64,000 bases of DNA from Lachnospiraceae bacterium (GTDB taxonomy: Bacteria; Bacillota; Clostridia; Lachnospirales; Lachnospiraceae). Positions 18,855-29,493 of this stretch are shown in pieces (position 1 is the stretch's first letter; every line of letters starts with the position of its first letter). The stretch is from assembly GCA_024682555.1 (NCBI GenBank), contig JAIKZD010000115.1:10628-74627 (forward strand), written 5' to 3'. Made by a program: the position numbers and the translations under genes. The notes beneath the pieces were generated by a model. It was not told the DNA's origin. It did not search any database and saw only the letters and a program-made list of their open reading frames with translations.

Positions 18855-18883
18855 TTGTGACATTGTCATTTTTTTGCTATAAT
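18855..18883 (+). promoter_or_regulatory. Sigma-A-type promoter TTGTGA-N17-TATAAT with a TGC extended -10
   Basis: TTGTGA lies at 18855-18860 and TATAAT at 18878-18883, upstream of the 18995 gene and guaB. Confidence 0.5.
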
Positions 18884-18994
18884 CAGTAAAATATTCATAT
18901 TCTAAGGAATGCTTTGATCGGCGTTTCCCTGATGGATAACGAAACATATGGGTAATAAGGTTAGGGTATTGATGATGATAAGGGAGGCTTTGCT

Positions 18995-19498
18995 ATGAAC
19001 GAGTCCTATGTAGAATGCCTGGTTGCAAAGAAGGCCGGGCCGCTTGACATTTTTCTCAAGGGTTTGCTCATTGCGGTGGTGGCGATATGCATCATCCTGG
19101 GGCTTTTCAGCGGCAGCATAGTGATCATGATACTTGCGATCGCCCTTGGTTTCGGTGCATATTTTCTTATTCCCATGTTTGATATCGAATATGAGTACCT
19201 GTATCTCGACAGAGAGATAACCATAGATAAGATCATGTCTAAACAGCGTCGTAAGCGCATGGCGGTTTACGATCTCGGTAAAATGGAGCTTTTAGCTCCT
19301 GAGACTTCCCACGAGTTTGATTCATATAAGGCAAGAAACGTAAAGGTTCGTGATTTCAGTTCAAATATGCCGGATCATAAGGCATATCTGATGGCTTATC
19401 ATGATGAAAAAGAAGAATGCCTTGTGAAGTTTGAACCGAATGAAGAAATGATCAAATGCATCAAACAGATCGCGATGCGTAAGGTCAGGGATTATTAA
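18995..19498 (+). CDS. Small membrane protein (two N-terminal TM spans), uncharacterised; resembles the family I recall as DUF6106 (unverified)
   Basis: Contains LLIAVVAICIILGLFSGSIVIMILAIALGFGAYFLIP followed by the conserved-looking EYEYLYLDREITIDKIMSKQRRKR. The SD GGGAGG lies upstream. Confidence 0.65.
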   Translation: MNESYVECLVAKKAGPLDIFLKGLLIAVVAICIILGLFSGSIVIMILAIALGFGAYFLIPMFDIEYEYLYLDREITIDKIMSKQRRKRMAVYDLGKMELLAPETSHEFDSYKARNVKVRDFSSNMPDHKAYLMAYHDEKEECLVKFEPNEEMIKCIKQIAMRKVRDY

Positions 19499-19573
19499 AG
19501 GGCTTCGGAGAATCCTGCGATCCATAGATCCGGCAGGATTTGGAAGATACATAAAAACAGCAAAAAAAGATAG

Positions 19574-21049
<1,476 letters not shown>

Positions 21050-21060
21050 GGAGTTTCGGG

Positions 21061-21154
21061 GTATCGATGTACCGATGCATTAATGTATCATCGTGCCGGA
21101 TCATCGGTATATCGGATCGTTAGTGTACCGGATCATTAGTGCACCGGATCGCCG
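21061..21154. repeat. Degenerate short direct repeats (8-mers GTAYCRAT, then ~16-bp units with a CGGATC core, x4)
   Basis: Reads gtatcgat gtaccgat gcattaat gtatcatc, then gtgccggatcatcg / gtatatcggatcgtta / gtgtaccggatcatta / gtgcaccggatcgccg. It lies in the intergenic space after guaB. Confidence 0.5.
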
Positions 21155-21191
21155 AAAAATATTATGTAAACTCACAGGATTTATATTAGTT

Positions 21192-21962
21192 ATGTTTAAA
21201 TATATTGCCATCGAGCTGAAAAATGCTCTTTCAAGGAGGCTGACAAGGTTTTATATAATCGGCATTTTTGCCCTTTGTCTTCTTGCAAACCTTGCAGTAG
21301 TGGGCTTTCGTATGGTATATGGTACCAACGAGGGAACTTTTGCGTATAATATAATCGAATATGCTACCTGGTGCTTTGTTATCCCGTATTATACCTGCAT
21401 TTTCATAGCGGATATCGTGTTCGGAAAGGTGTACCCGAATCCCCATATAAAGGACGGGCATACCGCATATCTGAACAGGACGCAGATTTATCTGGGAAAG
21501 GTCCTTGCGTCCGTTCTTTTAGCGGTTATTTTTGCGATAACGGCCTGCGCTCTGCTTATCCTTATCACGGTGCTGTTCCATATTTCGGATGGCACCATTA
21601 AGCTTTACAATATCAGGGATTTTTTCGGCAAGATGGGATGCGCCGTTCCGCTCTGGATAGCGGGCATAGGCATCGGCACCATGTTTCTGTTTTTGTTTGA
21701 GAATAAAAAGAAGGCATATATAGGATATTTTTTGCTGACGCTCATACTGGAAAGAGGGATCATGCTGCTTGCGGCGGAACCGTTTGAGCTTGGCTTTTTC
21801 AAATCCCTGAGACGGCTCACGGTCACCCAGAATTTTTCGCTTATTCCCTATCCGGCCGATCCCGCGAGGAACATTCCTCTCACCATCGCGCTCGGGATAA
21901 TATATTTTATCGTATCTACCGTCATCGGTGCGGTTTATTACAATAAAAAAGAATTCAAGTGA
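21192..21962 (+). CDS. Polytopic membrane protein, ABC-2-permease-like topology; no cognate ATPase adjacent
   Basis: MFKYIAIELKNALSRRLTRFYIIGIFALCLLANL followed by ~5 further TM spans. The track start 21093 is a GTG inside the repeat region; ATG 21192 is preferred. Confidence 0.6.
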   Translation: MFKYIAIELKNALSRRLTRFYIIGIFALCLLANLAVVGFRMVYGTNEGTFAYNIIEYATWCFVIPYYTCIFIADIVFGKVYPNPHIKDGHTAYLNRTQIYLGKVLASVLLAVIFAITACALLILITVLFHISDGTIKLYNIRDFFGKMGCAVPLWIAGIGIGTMFLFLFENKKKAYIGYFLLTLILERGIMLLAAEPFELGFFKSLRRLTVTQNFSLIPYPADPARNIPLTIALGIIYFIVSTVIGAVYYNKKEFK

Positions 21963-21983
21963 AGACAGGAAAGGTTAGGACAG

Positions 21984-24671
21984 GTGGAAGAAAATCAAAA
22001 TACACCTAAAATAGATATCGATCGCGAATGGCTCCAGAAGATCCAGGATTTTTATGCGGATATATCCGGCCTGTTTCTGTTTGCAATAGATAAAAACGGC
22101 AGGCAGATAACCGATATTTCCGGGAGAGATATGAGGGAGACGGCAAGGATTGCCGATCTTATCAATAAAAACCAGGTTGAGGATCTTTTCAGGCGCGTGA
22201 TGTTCACAAAGCTTGAAGAGCAGATCGTGGAAAATACCGAGTTCTCGAATATGAAGCTTGCGGCTGTTGCCGTCAAGGTAGGAACCGAGGCGGTCATCTG
22301 CTTTATCGTGGCGGCGGTTTATTTTGAGGAGGATGGCGAGAATGCCATTTTGAACATCCGCTCCACCGTGGATGAGAAGCTCTTTTTCGGAGGCCTTGAT
22401 TATATCAGGGAGGTTTTTGACAAAATCTATTCGGGAGCCTTCAGGGAAATGAACGCCATAGCCATGAGTGAGAGGGAGCATGCGGAGGAATCACAGCTTC
22501 AGACCGCACTGAGCCTGGCGGAGTCGATGAACGGGATCGTCCAGTATCTTGATTCGGATGATTCCTATGAAAACATCTGTGAAAGCATAGTGAAAAAAGC
22601 CGCCGAAGCGACACATATCTCCCATGCCTATGTTTTGCAGCCCAATAAGGCCGCAAATGCCATAGATGTACTCGGAAAATACAGATCGGAAAGTGCGGAC
22701 CCCGTTATAGAGAGGGTTAACCCTGCGGATATCCTCAAATATGCCGCTGTTGTCGGTGACAAGCCCATGGTTGTTTCTTCAAGGACAGAGATCGACTATG
22801 ATTTCAGGCTCTGGATAGGAACGCTCGGGATCATAGGTTTTGTGGTGCTGCCCATATTCCGTGCAAGACCTTCAAGAGTTGTCAGCAATTATCTGATCTT
22901 TGCGGATAACGATCCCGCGAAGGTATGGACAAGGGAGGACATCAAATTTTTCGGGGAAGCAGCCAAGGTCCTTCAAAGCATTTTTGACAGGCATCTGCAC
23001 AAGCTCTCAATAGTAGCCTCCTACAATTCCCTTACCTTTGTACTGAATAATGTCGGAAGTGCGATCTATGTAAAAGACATAAATACGGGAAACATCCTGT
23101 TCAAGAATAAAAGCTTTGAAAGCATGTTTGCAAGAGAGATAGAGAACGGTTCTCTCGACAGGCTTTTCGGGCCCGCAAATCCGGATGAGATGAGGATGGC
23201 ATCATACTTTGAAGTGCAGTCGACCGATTCGAAGCACTGGTATGATGTTAACCGTACGCCCATGGACTGGGTGGACGGACGTAAGGTTATCCTGTTTTCC
23301 ATTTTTGATATTACGGATAAAAAAGTCTATCAGGAAAAGATCGAGCAGCAGGCTAATAATGACTATCTGACCGGTCTCTATAACCGGATGAGCTGTGAGA
23401 AGGATCTTAATATCCATATCACACAGTGCAGGAAGGAAGGCAAGAAAGGATGCCTGTTATATCTGGATCTTGATGATTTCAAGCATATCAATGACGGCCT
23501 CGGACATCAGTACGGCGACGTCCTGTTAAAGACCATTTCCAATAAGCTTAACAAGATAGAGGGTATCAAGGATGCCTGCTACCGTATGGGCGGTGATGAG
23601 TTTATCGCCATCATCTCAAGCGAATATTATGACAATAAGGATGAGATCCTTGAGACCGTGAGGGTAATGTTTAACACGCCCTGGTTCTTAAAGGGCGGGG
23701 ATTATTACTGCACCTCAAGTATCGGTGTTGTGGATTTCCCCGATGAAGATGATACTGTTCAGGAGATAATCAGAAAAGCCGATATTGCAATGTATGAGAG
23801 CAAGCGTGCAGGCAAGAACAGAACCTCCCATTACGCATCGGAGACCAAAAATGCGGCAAGCCACAGGCTTGATATGGAAAAGAGCATGCGTGATGCCACG
23901 GCTGATACCATTAAGGAGTTCGAGGTCTATTACCAGCCCATCATAGATACCGCAAAGGGGAATATCTGTACCGGCGCGGAGGCTCTTCTCAGATGGAATT
24001 CGGCTTCTCTTGGATTTGTGACTCCCGGTGATTTTATACCCCTTGCGGAATATCTGGGGCTTATAAATCCCATCGGAAATCATGTGCTCAAGCAGGCCTG
24101 CCTTGAATGTAAGAGATGGAATGAGTCAGGCCATCCCTATTATAAGGTCAATGTGAATCTGTCGGTCGTACAGCTTTTGCAGAATGACATCGTGGAGACT
24201 GTCGCAAGAACCATTAAGGAAACAGGGATCAATCCCAGGAACCTCACGCTGGAGGTTACGGAGTCCCTTGCCATCAACGATCTTGAACGTATGAAGAAGA
24301 TCTTAAATGCCATAAAGGCTCTCGGCTGCAGGATAGCCCTGGATGATTTCGGAACAGGTTATTCCTCCCTAAATCATATAAGAGAGCTTCCGATCGACGT
24401 TATCAAGGTCGATCAGACCTTCGTTACGGATCTTGCCACCGATCCCTATGCCCAGTCCTTTATAAGGATGGTGGGTGAGCTTGCGGCGGCCCTTAAGGTT
24501 AAGATCTGCGTTGAGGGTATCGAGACAGAAGAGCAGAAGGCGGTGCTTGATGATATGAACGTCAGACTGATCCAGGGCTTCTATTTTGACAGACCCATGA
24601 GGAAAACCGCATTTGAAGACAAATATGTGACCAACTGCATCGATGCCATGGACCATCCGGATATGGATTAG
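21984..24671 (+). CDS. Sensor diguanylate cyclase/phosphodiesterase (N-terminal sensory regions, PAS-like, GGDEF, EAL)
   Basis: GGDEF is intact (YRMGGDEFIAI). The EAL domain is intact (GAEALLRW, LEVTES, LDDFGTGYSSL, EGIETEEQ). The apparent start is GTG at 21984. Confidence 0.9.
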   Translation: MEENQNTPKIDIDREWLQKIQDFYADISGLFLFAIDKNGRQITDISGRDMRETARIADLINKNQVEDLFRRVMFTKLEEQIVENTEFSNMKLAAVAVKVGTEAVICFIVAAVYFEEDGENAILNIRSTVDEKLFFGGLDYIREVFDKIYSGAFREMNAIAMSEREHAEESQLQTALSLAESMNGIVQYLDSDDSYENICESIVKKAAEATHISHAYVLQPNKAANAIDVLGKYRSESADPVIERVNPADILKYAAVVGDKPMVVSSRTEIDYDFRLWIGTLGIIGFVVLPIFRARPSRVVSNYLIFADNDPAKVWTREDIKFFGEAAKVLQSIFDRHLHKLSIVASYNSLTFVLNNVGSAIYVKDINTGNILFKNKSFESMFAREIENGSLDRLFGPANPDEMRMASYFEVQSTDSKHWYDVNRTPMDWVDGRKVILFSIFDITDKKVYQEKIEQQANNDYLTGLYNRMSCEKDLNIHITQCRKEGKKGCLLYLDLDDFKHINDGLGHQYGDVLLKTISNKLNKIEGIKDACYRMGGDEFIAIISSEYYDNKDEILETVRVMFNTPWFLKGGDYYCTSSIGVVDFPDEDDTVQEIIRKADIAMYESKRAGKNRTSHYASETKNAASHRLDMEKSMRDATADTIKEFEVYYQPIIDTAKGNICTGAEALLRWNSASLGFVTPGDFIPLAEYLGLINPIGNHVLKQACLECKRWNESGHPYYKVNVNLSVVQLLQNDIVETVARTIKETGINPRNLTLEVTESLAINDLERMKKILNAIKALGCRIALDDFGTGYSSLNHIRELPIDVIKVDQTFVTDLATDPYAQSFIRMVGELAAALKVKICVEGIETEEQKAVLDDMNVRLIQGFYFDRPMRKTAFEDKYVTNCIDAMDHPDMD

Positions 24672-24859
24672 GATCGGATAAGGGGATCGGATAAGTTAAA
24701 CAGACCGGACGAAGCAGTGGCTCTGATGAAGTTACGATAGTTAAACGGGCCGGGAAAAGATATGGATCTGGTACGGGAAAGGATATATTGATCGAACCGG
24801 ACAGGGAAAAATCGATATTACGGGCCGGACATAATAGAATAGAATGTAAGGAGAACAGC

Positions 24860-26470
24860 ATGCGTGCACTTATAAGCGTCTCGGATAAGACCGGGATCAC
24901 GGAGCTTGCAAAAGAGCTCGAAAAGCTTGGGATAGAGATAATATCCACAGGCGGAACCTACAAAAAACTGAAGGATGACGGCATTAAGGCCATCGAGATA
25001 TCAGAGCTTACCGGCTTTCCGGAGTGTCTCGACGGTCGCGTGAAGACCCTGCATCCCAAGGTTCATGCGGGTATTCTTGCCATGAGATCGAATAAGGACC
25101 ATATGGCCCAGCTTAAGGATCTTGGCGTGGATACAATAGATCTTGTTATCGTAAATCTCTACCCCTTCAAGGCAACTATCCTTAAGGATGGTGTTACAAG
25201 GGCAGAGGCTGTTGAAAACATCGATATAGGCGGTCCCACCATGTTACGTTCGGCTGCCAAGAATTATCAGGATGTGGCGGTTGTTACCGATCCTGCCGAT
25301 TATGAAAAGGTCCTTTCGGAGCTTAAGGAAAACGGTGAGGTTTCTCTTGACACAAAGTTCTACCTGATGCAGAAAGTGTTCATGCATACCGCAAACTATG
25401 ATGCCATGATCTGCGATTATATCAGGAAAGAGAGAAATGACCATGATCTTCCCGCAACTCTCACTCTTACCTATGAAAAGGTTCAGGATATGAGATATGG
25501 CGAGAATCCGCATCAGAAGGCTGCTTTTTACCGTGAGATCGGGAAAAGAAAAGGCTCTCTGGCCGATGCCGTCCAGTTAAACGGGAAAGAGCTTTCTTTT
25601 AACAATATCAATGACACAAACGGAGCCCTGGAGCTTCTTAAGGAATTTGATGATCCCACCGTGGTCGCCTGTAAACACGGCAATCCCTGCGGAGTGGGAT
25701 CCGTAGCGGTAGCAGGCTCTGTTTCGGCTTCCGAGGGCGCTGACAGCGCGGCCACCGAGGAGGAAGCCATCCTGAAGGCCTGGAACAAGGCTTTTGAGGC
25801 CGATAAGGTATCCATATACGGCGGGATCTGCGTGGTAAACAGAAAGGTGACCTTAGAGCTTGCGCAGGCAATGAAACCGGTATTTTTGGAGGTTCTTGCC
25901 GCTCCTTCGTTTGATGATGCTGCTCTTGAGCTTTTAAAGGAAAAAAAGAACTTAAGGATCCTTAAAATTGAGGATATTTCCGTTCCTCAGGATGAGAATG
26001 CCCTCGACCTTAAAAAGGTCAACGGCGGCATAATCGTTCAGACCATAGATTCGAAGCTTTATGACGAGGCTGACCTTAAGGTGGTTACAAAGACCGCACC
26101 GACTAAGGCCCAGCTTGCCGATATGAGATTCGGAATGCGGATTGTAAAGTATGCCAAGTCAAACGGCATTGTGGTAGTAAAAAATACGCAGTCCGTTGGT
26201 ATAGGGCCCGGACAGGTAAACAGGGTATGGGCCGCAAAACAGTGTATCGACCATGCAAAAGAGCTTATAAATGAAGATGCTTTAAAGGGTGCAGTACTTG
26301 CATCCGATGCTTTCTTCCCCTTTGCAGATACCGTGGAAGCCGCACATGAAGCGGGCATCACAGCCATTATCCAGCCCGGAGGATCCATCAGGGATCAGGA
26401 ATCCATAGATAAGTGCGATGAGTACGGCATTGCGATGGTATTTACGGGAATGAGGCATTTCAGACACTGA
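24860..26470 (+). CDS. purH: Bifunctional AICAR formyltransferase / IMP cyclohydrolase
   Basis: Starts [13 protein letters not shown], with [18 protein letters not shown] and a C-terminal [12 protein letters not shown]. The SD AAGGAG lies at 24848-24853. The track ORF start 24788 lacks support. Confidence 0.95.
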   Translation: MRALISVSDKTGITELAKELEKLGIEIISTGGTYKKLKDDGIKAIEISELTGFPECLDGRVKTLHPKVHAGILAMRSNKDHMAQLKDLGVDTIDLVIVNLYPFKATILKDGVTRAEAVENIDIGGPTMLRSAAKNYQDVAVVTDPADYEKVLSELKENGEVSLDTKFYLMQKVFMHTANYDAMICDYIRKERNDHDLPATLTLTYEKVQDMRYGENPHQKAAFYREIGKRKGSLADAVQLNGKELSFNNINDTNGALELLKEFDDPTVVACKHGNPCGVGSVAVAGSVSASEGADSAATEEEAILKAWNKAFEADKVSIYGGICVVNRKVTLELAQAMKPVFLEVLAAPSFDDAALELLKEKKNLRILKIEDISVPQDENALDLKKVNGGIIVQTIDSKLYDEADLKVVTKTAPTKAQLADMRFGMRIVKYAKSNGIVVVKNTQSVGIGPGQVNRVWAAKQCIDHAKELINEDALKGAVLASDAFFPFADTVEAAHEAGITAIIQPGGSIRDQESIDKCDEYGIAMVFTGMRHFRH

Positions 26471-26486
26471 TAAAGGAAACAGACTT

Positions 26487-29342
26487 ATGAGAAAAAAAGC
26501 CGGGATTATCATAACGATCGAAATGATCCTTCTGATGGTTTCGGCTCTTTTTTTATACAAAAGACCGGCTTTTGACCTTTCGGTTCCGGTCTATCAGGCT
26601 GCTCCCGATCTCGGGGAGGTCAGGGATAATGCCCTTCATTTTGACTTTGATGCTGCCGAACAGGTTGAATCCCCGGATCAGATCATTCCCTGGCATTTAA
26701 AGCTGTCCGTCCCCAGAGGTTATTATACCGTTACCGTAAGCTACAGATCGGATGCGGCTTCAAAGATAAGTCTTTATTCACCTTCGGATCCCGGTGCGGT
26801 GAAATGCGATGAGATAGCTCTTGATCATATCTTTAATCCCAGATCCGCGAAGATGCTCGTGACCCGTGATGTGGATGATCTCGATGTTTACATGAAGTAC
26901 TGCGGGTTTCAGACATTCATGATCGAGGGAATATTCATAGAGAGAAGCAACAGGGATATCCCCTGTATTCTTTGCATTGTCCTGTTTTTGATGCTCTGCC
27001 TTGATGCGGTGCTATTTCTGTATTTTAAGGGCATTACGCCGAAGAATAATTCTTTTTACAGGGCTTTTCTTATCCTTACGGGCCTTTCCATTCTGGTTTC
27101 CGTTCCTTTATTCGGCGGCAACCTGACGCTTTATGACGATTTTGCTTTTTCCTATATAAAGATCGAAGGCATACGCGACGGGATACTGGACAGACAGCTC
27201 CCTGTCCGCGTTCATCCGTATACGCTTTTGGGCTTTGGCTATGCTCTTCCGTATTTTTACCCCGAACTGTTTGTATATCTTCCCGGGATCTTAAGGCTGA
27301 TCGGATTTTCGGTCATGGATTCCTATAAGATATTTCTTTTTGCCGTTAATCTGGCTACGGCGTTAGTCTGCTATTATTCTCTCAAGAGGGTCTTTAAGGA
27401 TCAGGGAACGGCTTTGTTTGGCAGTTTTCTCTATCTTTTTTCCATATACAGGATGATTGATATGTATAAAAGAGGCTCCATTGGGGAGTTTCTCGCGATA
27501 ATCTTTCTGCCTCTTGTGGTATCGGGGATGTATGCGATCCTGTATGAAGATACCTCGGATGCTTCATACCGGCGCTCATTTCTGCCCTTAATGTTCGGGA
27601 TGACCGGTATAGTCTACTCGCACGTGCTAAGCCTTGAAATGACAGGGATCTTTCTGATACTGCTTGTGTTAATGCAGGTGTATCGTTTTAAGGATCCTGC
27701 GAGGCTCTTAGCGCTTGTAAAGGCCGGGGCGGGGACACTTCTTCTGGGAGCGGGATTTTTATTTCCCTTTGCGGATATGCTTAGAAGAGATACCTACAAG
27801 GTATTTACCCAGACCCCCTATTCCATTTCGGAAAATGCTCTCGATCCCATGAAATTCATTTCCCTTCTTGTGGACAGATGCCCTCAGGTAATGCCAAATG
27901 ATCAAAAGGGAGGGGATTTCTCCCTCGGGATCGTGATATTTGCAGGGATCATCGGGTTTATTGTATTCTATGCCATATCTTTGTTTAGGAGGTCATCCGG
28001 GGGTAGTGCGGGCACTTCCGGGACTTCTTCTGACATGTCATACGCGGATGCTCTTGAAGAATCTTTTGCGGAATCTTCTGAAAGTGTTTCCGCGGATGCT
28101 TCCGGGAATCTTTTGGCAGGTTCTTCTGCGGGCGGTTCCGTTGATTCTTCCGGGGATTCTTCCGGGGATTCTTCCGGGGATTCTTCCGTGTATTCTTCTG
28201 ATAATTCTTCTGATAATTCTTCTGATAGTTCTTCTGATAATTCTTCTGATAGTTCTTCTGAGAATTATTCTGCGGATTATTCTGCGGATTCATCTTGGCA
28301 CGCTTCTTTTACAGGCTTTGCAGATACTTGTAGGGAGACAGTGTTTTATAGCGGTATGGAAAAGAGTATCCGCGTATTTGGGCTTGTATGTTCGATACTT
28401 GCTCTTCTGGCAATGTATTTATCGTCGGAGCTTTTTCCCTGGGTCTATCCGGAAGGGCGTATAGAGAGCAGTTTTTTTGCAAAAATGCTGTGCATGGTGC
28501 AGTTTCCATGGAGATATCTTTCGATAGTCACGGTTTTCGGAGTTTTCTCTGTCTGTTCTTTATGGATATGTTTCCTGAAAAAGTATTGTTTGCAGGGGGA
28601 TCTTTCGACCCGTGGGAAGCATAATCCGCAGGGGGATCTTTCCATCCCGGTTCTTTCGAATGAGGCATCCTCCGACGAAGTACGGTCCCCGGGTTCACGG
28701 TTTGACGGCCTGTCAGGGAAAGGAAGGGCTCTTTTTTGGAGCCTGCTGTCTCTCTCGGTGATCATCACCCTGATACCTGCCGTATACTTCTTTGCCGTAA
28801 CACCGGAACAGGCTGTTAAACAGAGATTCTATGACAGCGCGGGTATTCTGACCTACAGAGGAACCGGGATGGGAGAGTACGAGCCCGAAGGCTTTAAGGA
28901 TCTGAATGTGGATTATACCGTTGAAGAGCTGCAGGGTATCATGGATCCTGCTTATTACGAAGATCAGAGTGAGGGGAAGGCCCTTATTATAAAGAATTAT
29001 GAGAGATCGGGAACCAAGGCGACCTTTGTCATCGATAATCCTTCCGGTGACGAAAAGCTTCTGTATCTGCCGTTTCTGTACTATTACGGTTACGAACTGG
29101 ACAGTATTTTTACAAATGGGGTTCCGTTTGATACAAAACTTCTGGAAACGGAAAAAGGAACCATTGCGGTCCGCATACCGGCAGGTTTTTCGGGAGGGCT
29201 TCATCTTGAATACAGGGAGCCTGTGATATACAGGTTTTTTGAGGCCGGTTCATTGGCAGCTCTGCTTGCGATCCTTGCGGGATACTGTTTCCCGGCATTC
29301 AGACGCCGTTTGAAAGTTTCTCACCGGCGACACCGCAGATGA
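26487..29342 (+). CDS. Large polytopic GT-C-fold membrane glycosyltransferase-like protein (YfhO / PTPS-related family-like) with an internal Ser/Asp-rich low-complexity loop
   Basis: N-terminal anchor plus a ~140-aa external domain, then >10 TM spans. An acidic first-loop motif (LYDDFAFSYIKIEG) is typical of GT-C enzymes. A soluble C-terminal domain follows. The family call is from topology and motifs only. Confidence 0.65.
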   Translation: MRKKAGIIITIEMILLMVSALFLYKRPAFDLSVPVYQAAPDLGEVRDNALHFDFDAAEQVESPDQIIPWHLKLSVPRGYYTVTVSYRSDAASKISLYSPSDPGAVKCDEIALDHIFNPRSAKMLVTRDVDDLDVYMKYCGFQTFMIEGIFIERSNRDIPCILCIVLFLMLCLDAVLFLYFKGITPKNNSFYRAFLILTGLSILVSVPLFGGNLTLYDDFAFSYIKIEGIRDGILDRQLPVRVHPYTLLGFGYALPYFYPELFVYLPGILRLIGFSVMDSYKIFLFAVNLATALVCYYSLKRVFKDQGTALFGSFLYLFSIYRMIDMYKRGSIGEFLAIIFLPLVVSGMYAILYEDTSDASYRRSFLPLMFGMTGIVYSHVLSLEMTGIFLILLVLMQVYRFKDPARLLALVKAGAGTLLLGAGFLFPFADMLRRDTYKVFTQTPYSISENALDPMKFISLLVDRCPQVMPNDQKGGDFSLGIVIFAGIIGFIVFYAISLFRRSSGGSAGTSGTSSDMSYADALEESFAESSESVSADASGNLLAGSSAGGSVDSSGDSSGDSSGDSSVYSSDNSSDNSSDSSSDNSSDSSSENYSADYSADSSWHASFTGFADTCRETVFYSGMEKSIRVFGLVCSILALLAMYLSSELFPWVYPEGRIESSFFAKMLCMVQFPWRYLSIVTVFGVFSVCSLWICFLKKYCLQGDLSTRGKHNPQGDLSIPVLSNEASSDEVRSPGSRFDGLSGKGRALFWSLLSLSVIITLIPAVYFFAVTPEQAVKQRFYDSAGILTYRGTGMGEYEPEGFKDLNVDYTVEELQGIMDPAYYEDQSEGKALIIKNYERSGTKATFVIDNPSGDEKLLYLPFLYYYGYELDSIFTNGVPFDTKLLETEKGTIAVRIPAGFSGGLHLEYREPVIYRFFEAGSLAALLAILAGYCFPAFRRRLKVSHRRHRR
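28143..28298 (+). repeat. In-frame 12-bp tandem repeat (~13 units) encoding (D/N/Y/S)SS(G/D) tetrapeptides
   Basis: Reads gattcttccggg x3, gattcttccgtg, tattcttctgat, then (a/g)(a/g)ttcttctgat x5, then aattattctgcg and gattattctgcg. It translates to DSSGDSSGDSSGDSSVYSSDNSSDNSSDSSSDNSSDSSSENYSADYSAD. Confidence 0.9.
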
Positions 29343-29412
29343 TACGACACCGCAGATGATACGACACCGCAGATGATATGCCACCGCAGATGATATGCCA
29401 CCTTAGGTGATA
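29328..29412. repeat. 17-bp tandem repeat x5 (CGACACCGCAGATGATA and variants) spanning the stop codon of the upstream gene
   Basis: Units start at 29328, 29345, 29362, 29379 and 29396. The stop TGA at 29340-29342 lies in unit 1. A perfect 14-bp palindrome TGATATCGATATCA follows at 29426-29439. Confidence 0.9.
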
Positions 29413-29493
29413 TGCCGGAGCTCTCTGATATCGATATCATGTGGACCGGATTTGTGTGTTTTCTCGGCTCAACTCGGTTCAGGTCAACCCCAT

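Noticed and set aside
27940-28464. Alternative-frame and antisense ORFs across the Ser-rich repeat (27940..28464 +, 27985..28293 -)
   Set aside because: They are artefacts of the 12-bp tandem repeat, which keeps all frames open. Their translations are pure repeats (LLIILLI..., NYQKNYQK...).
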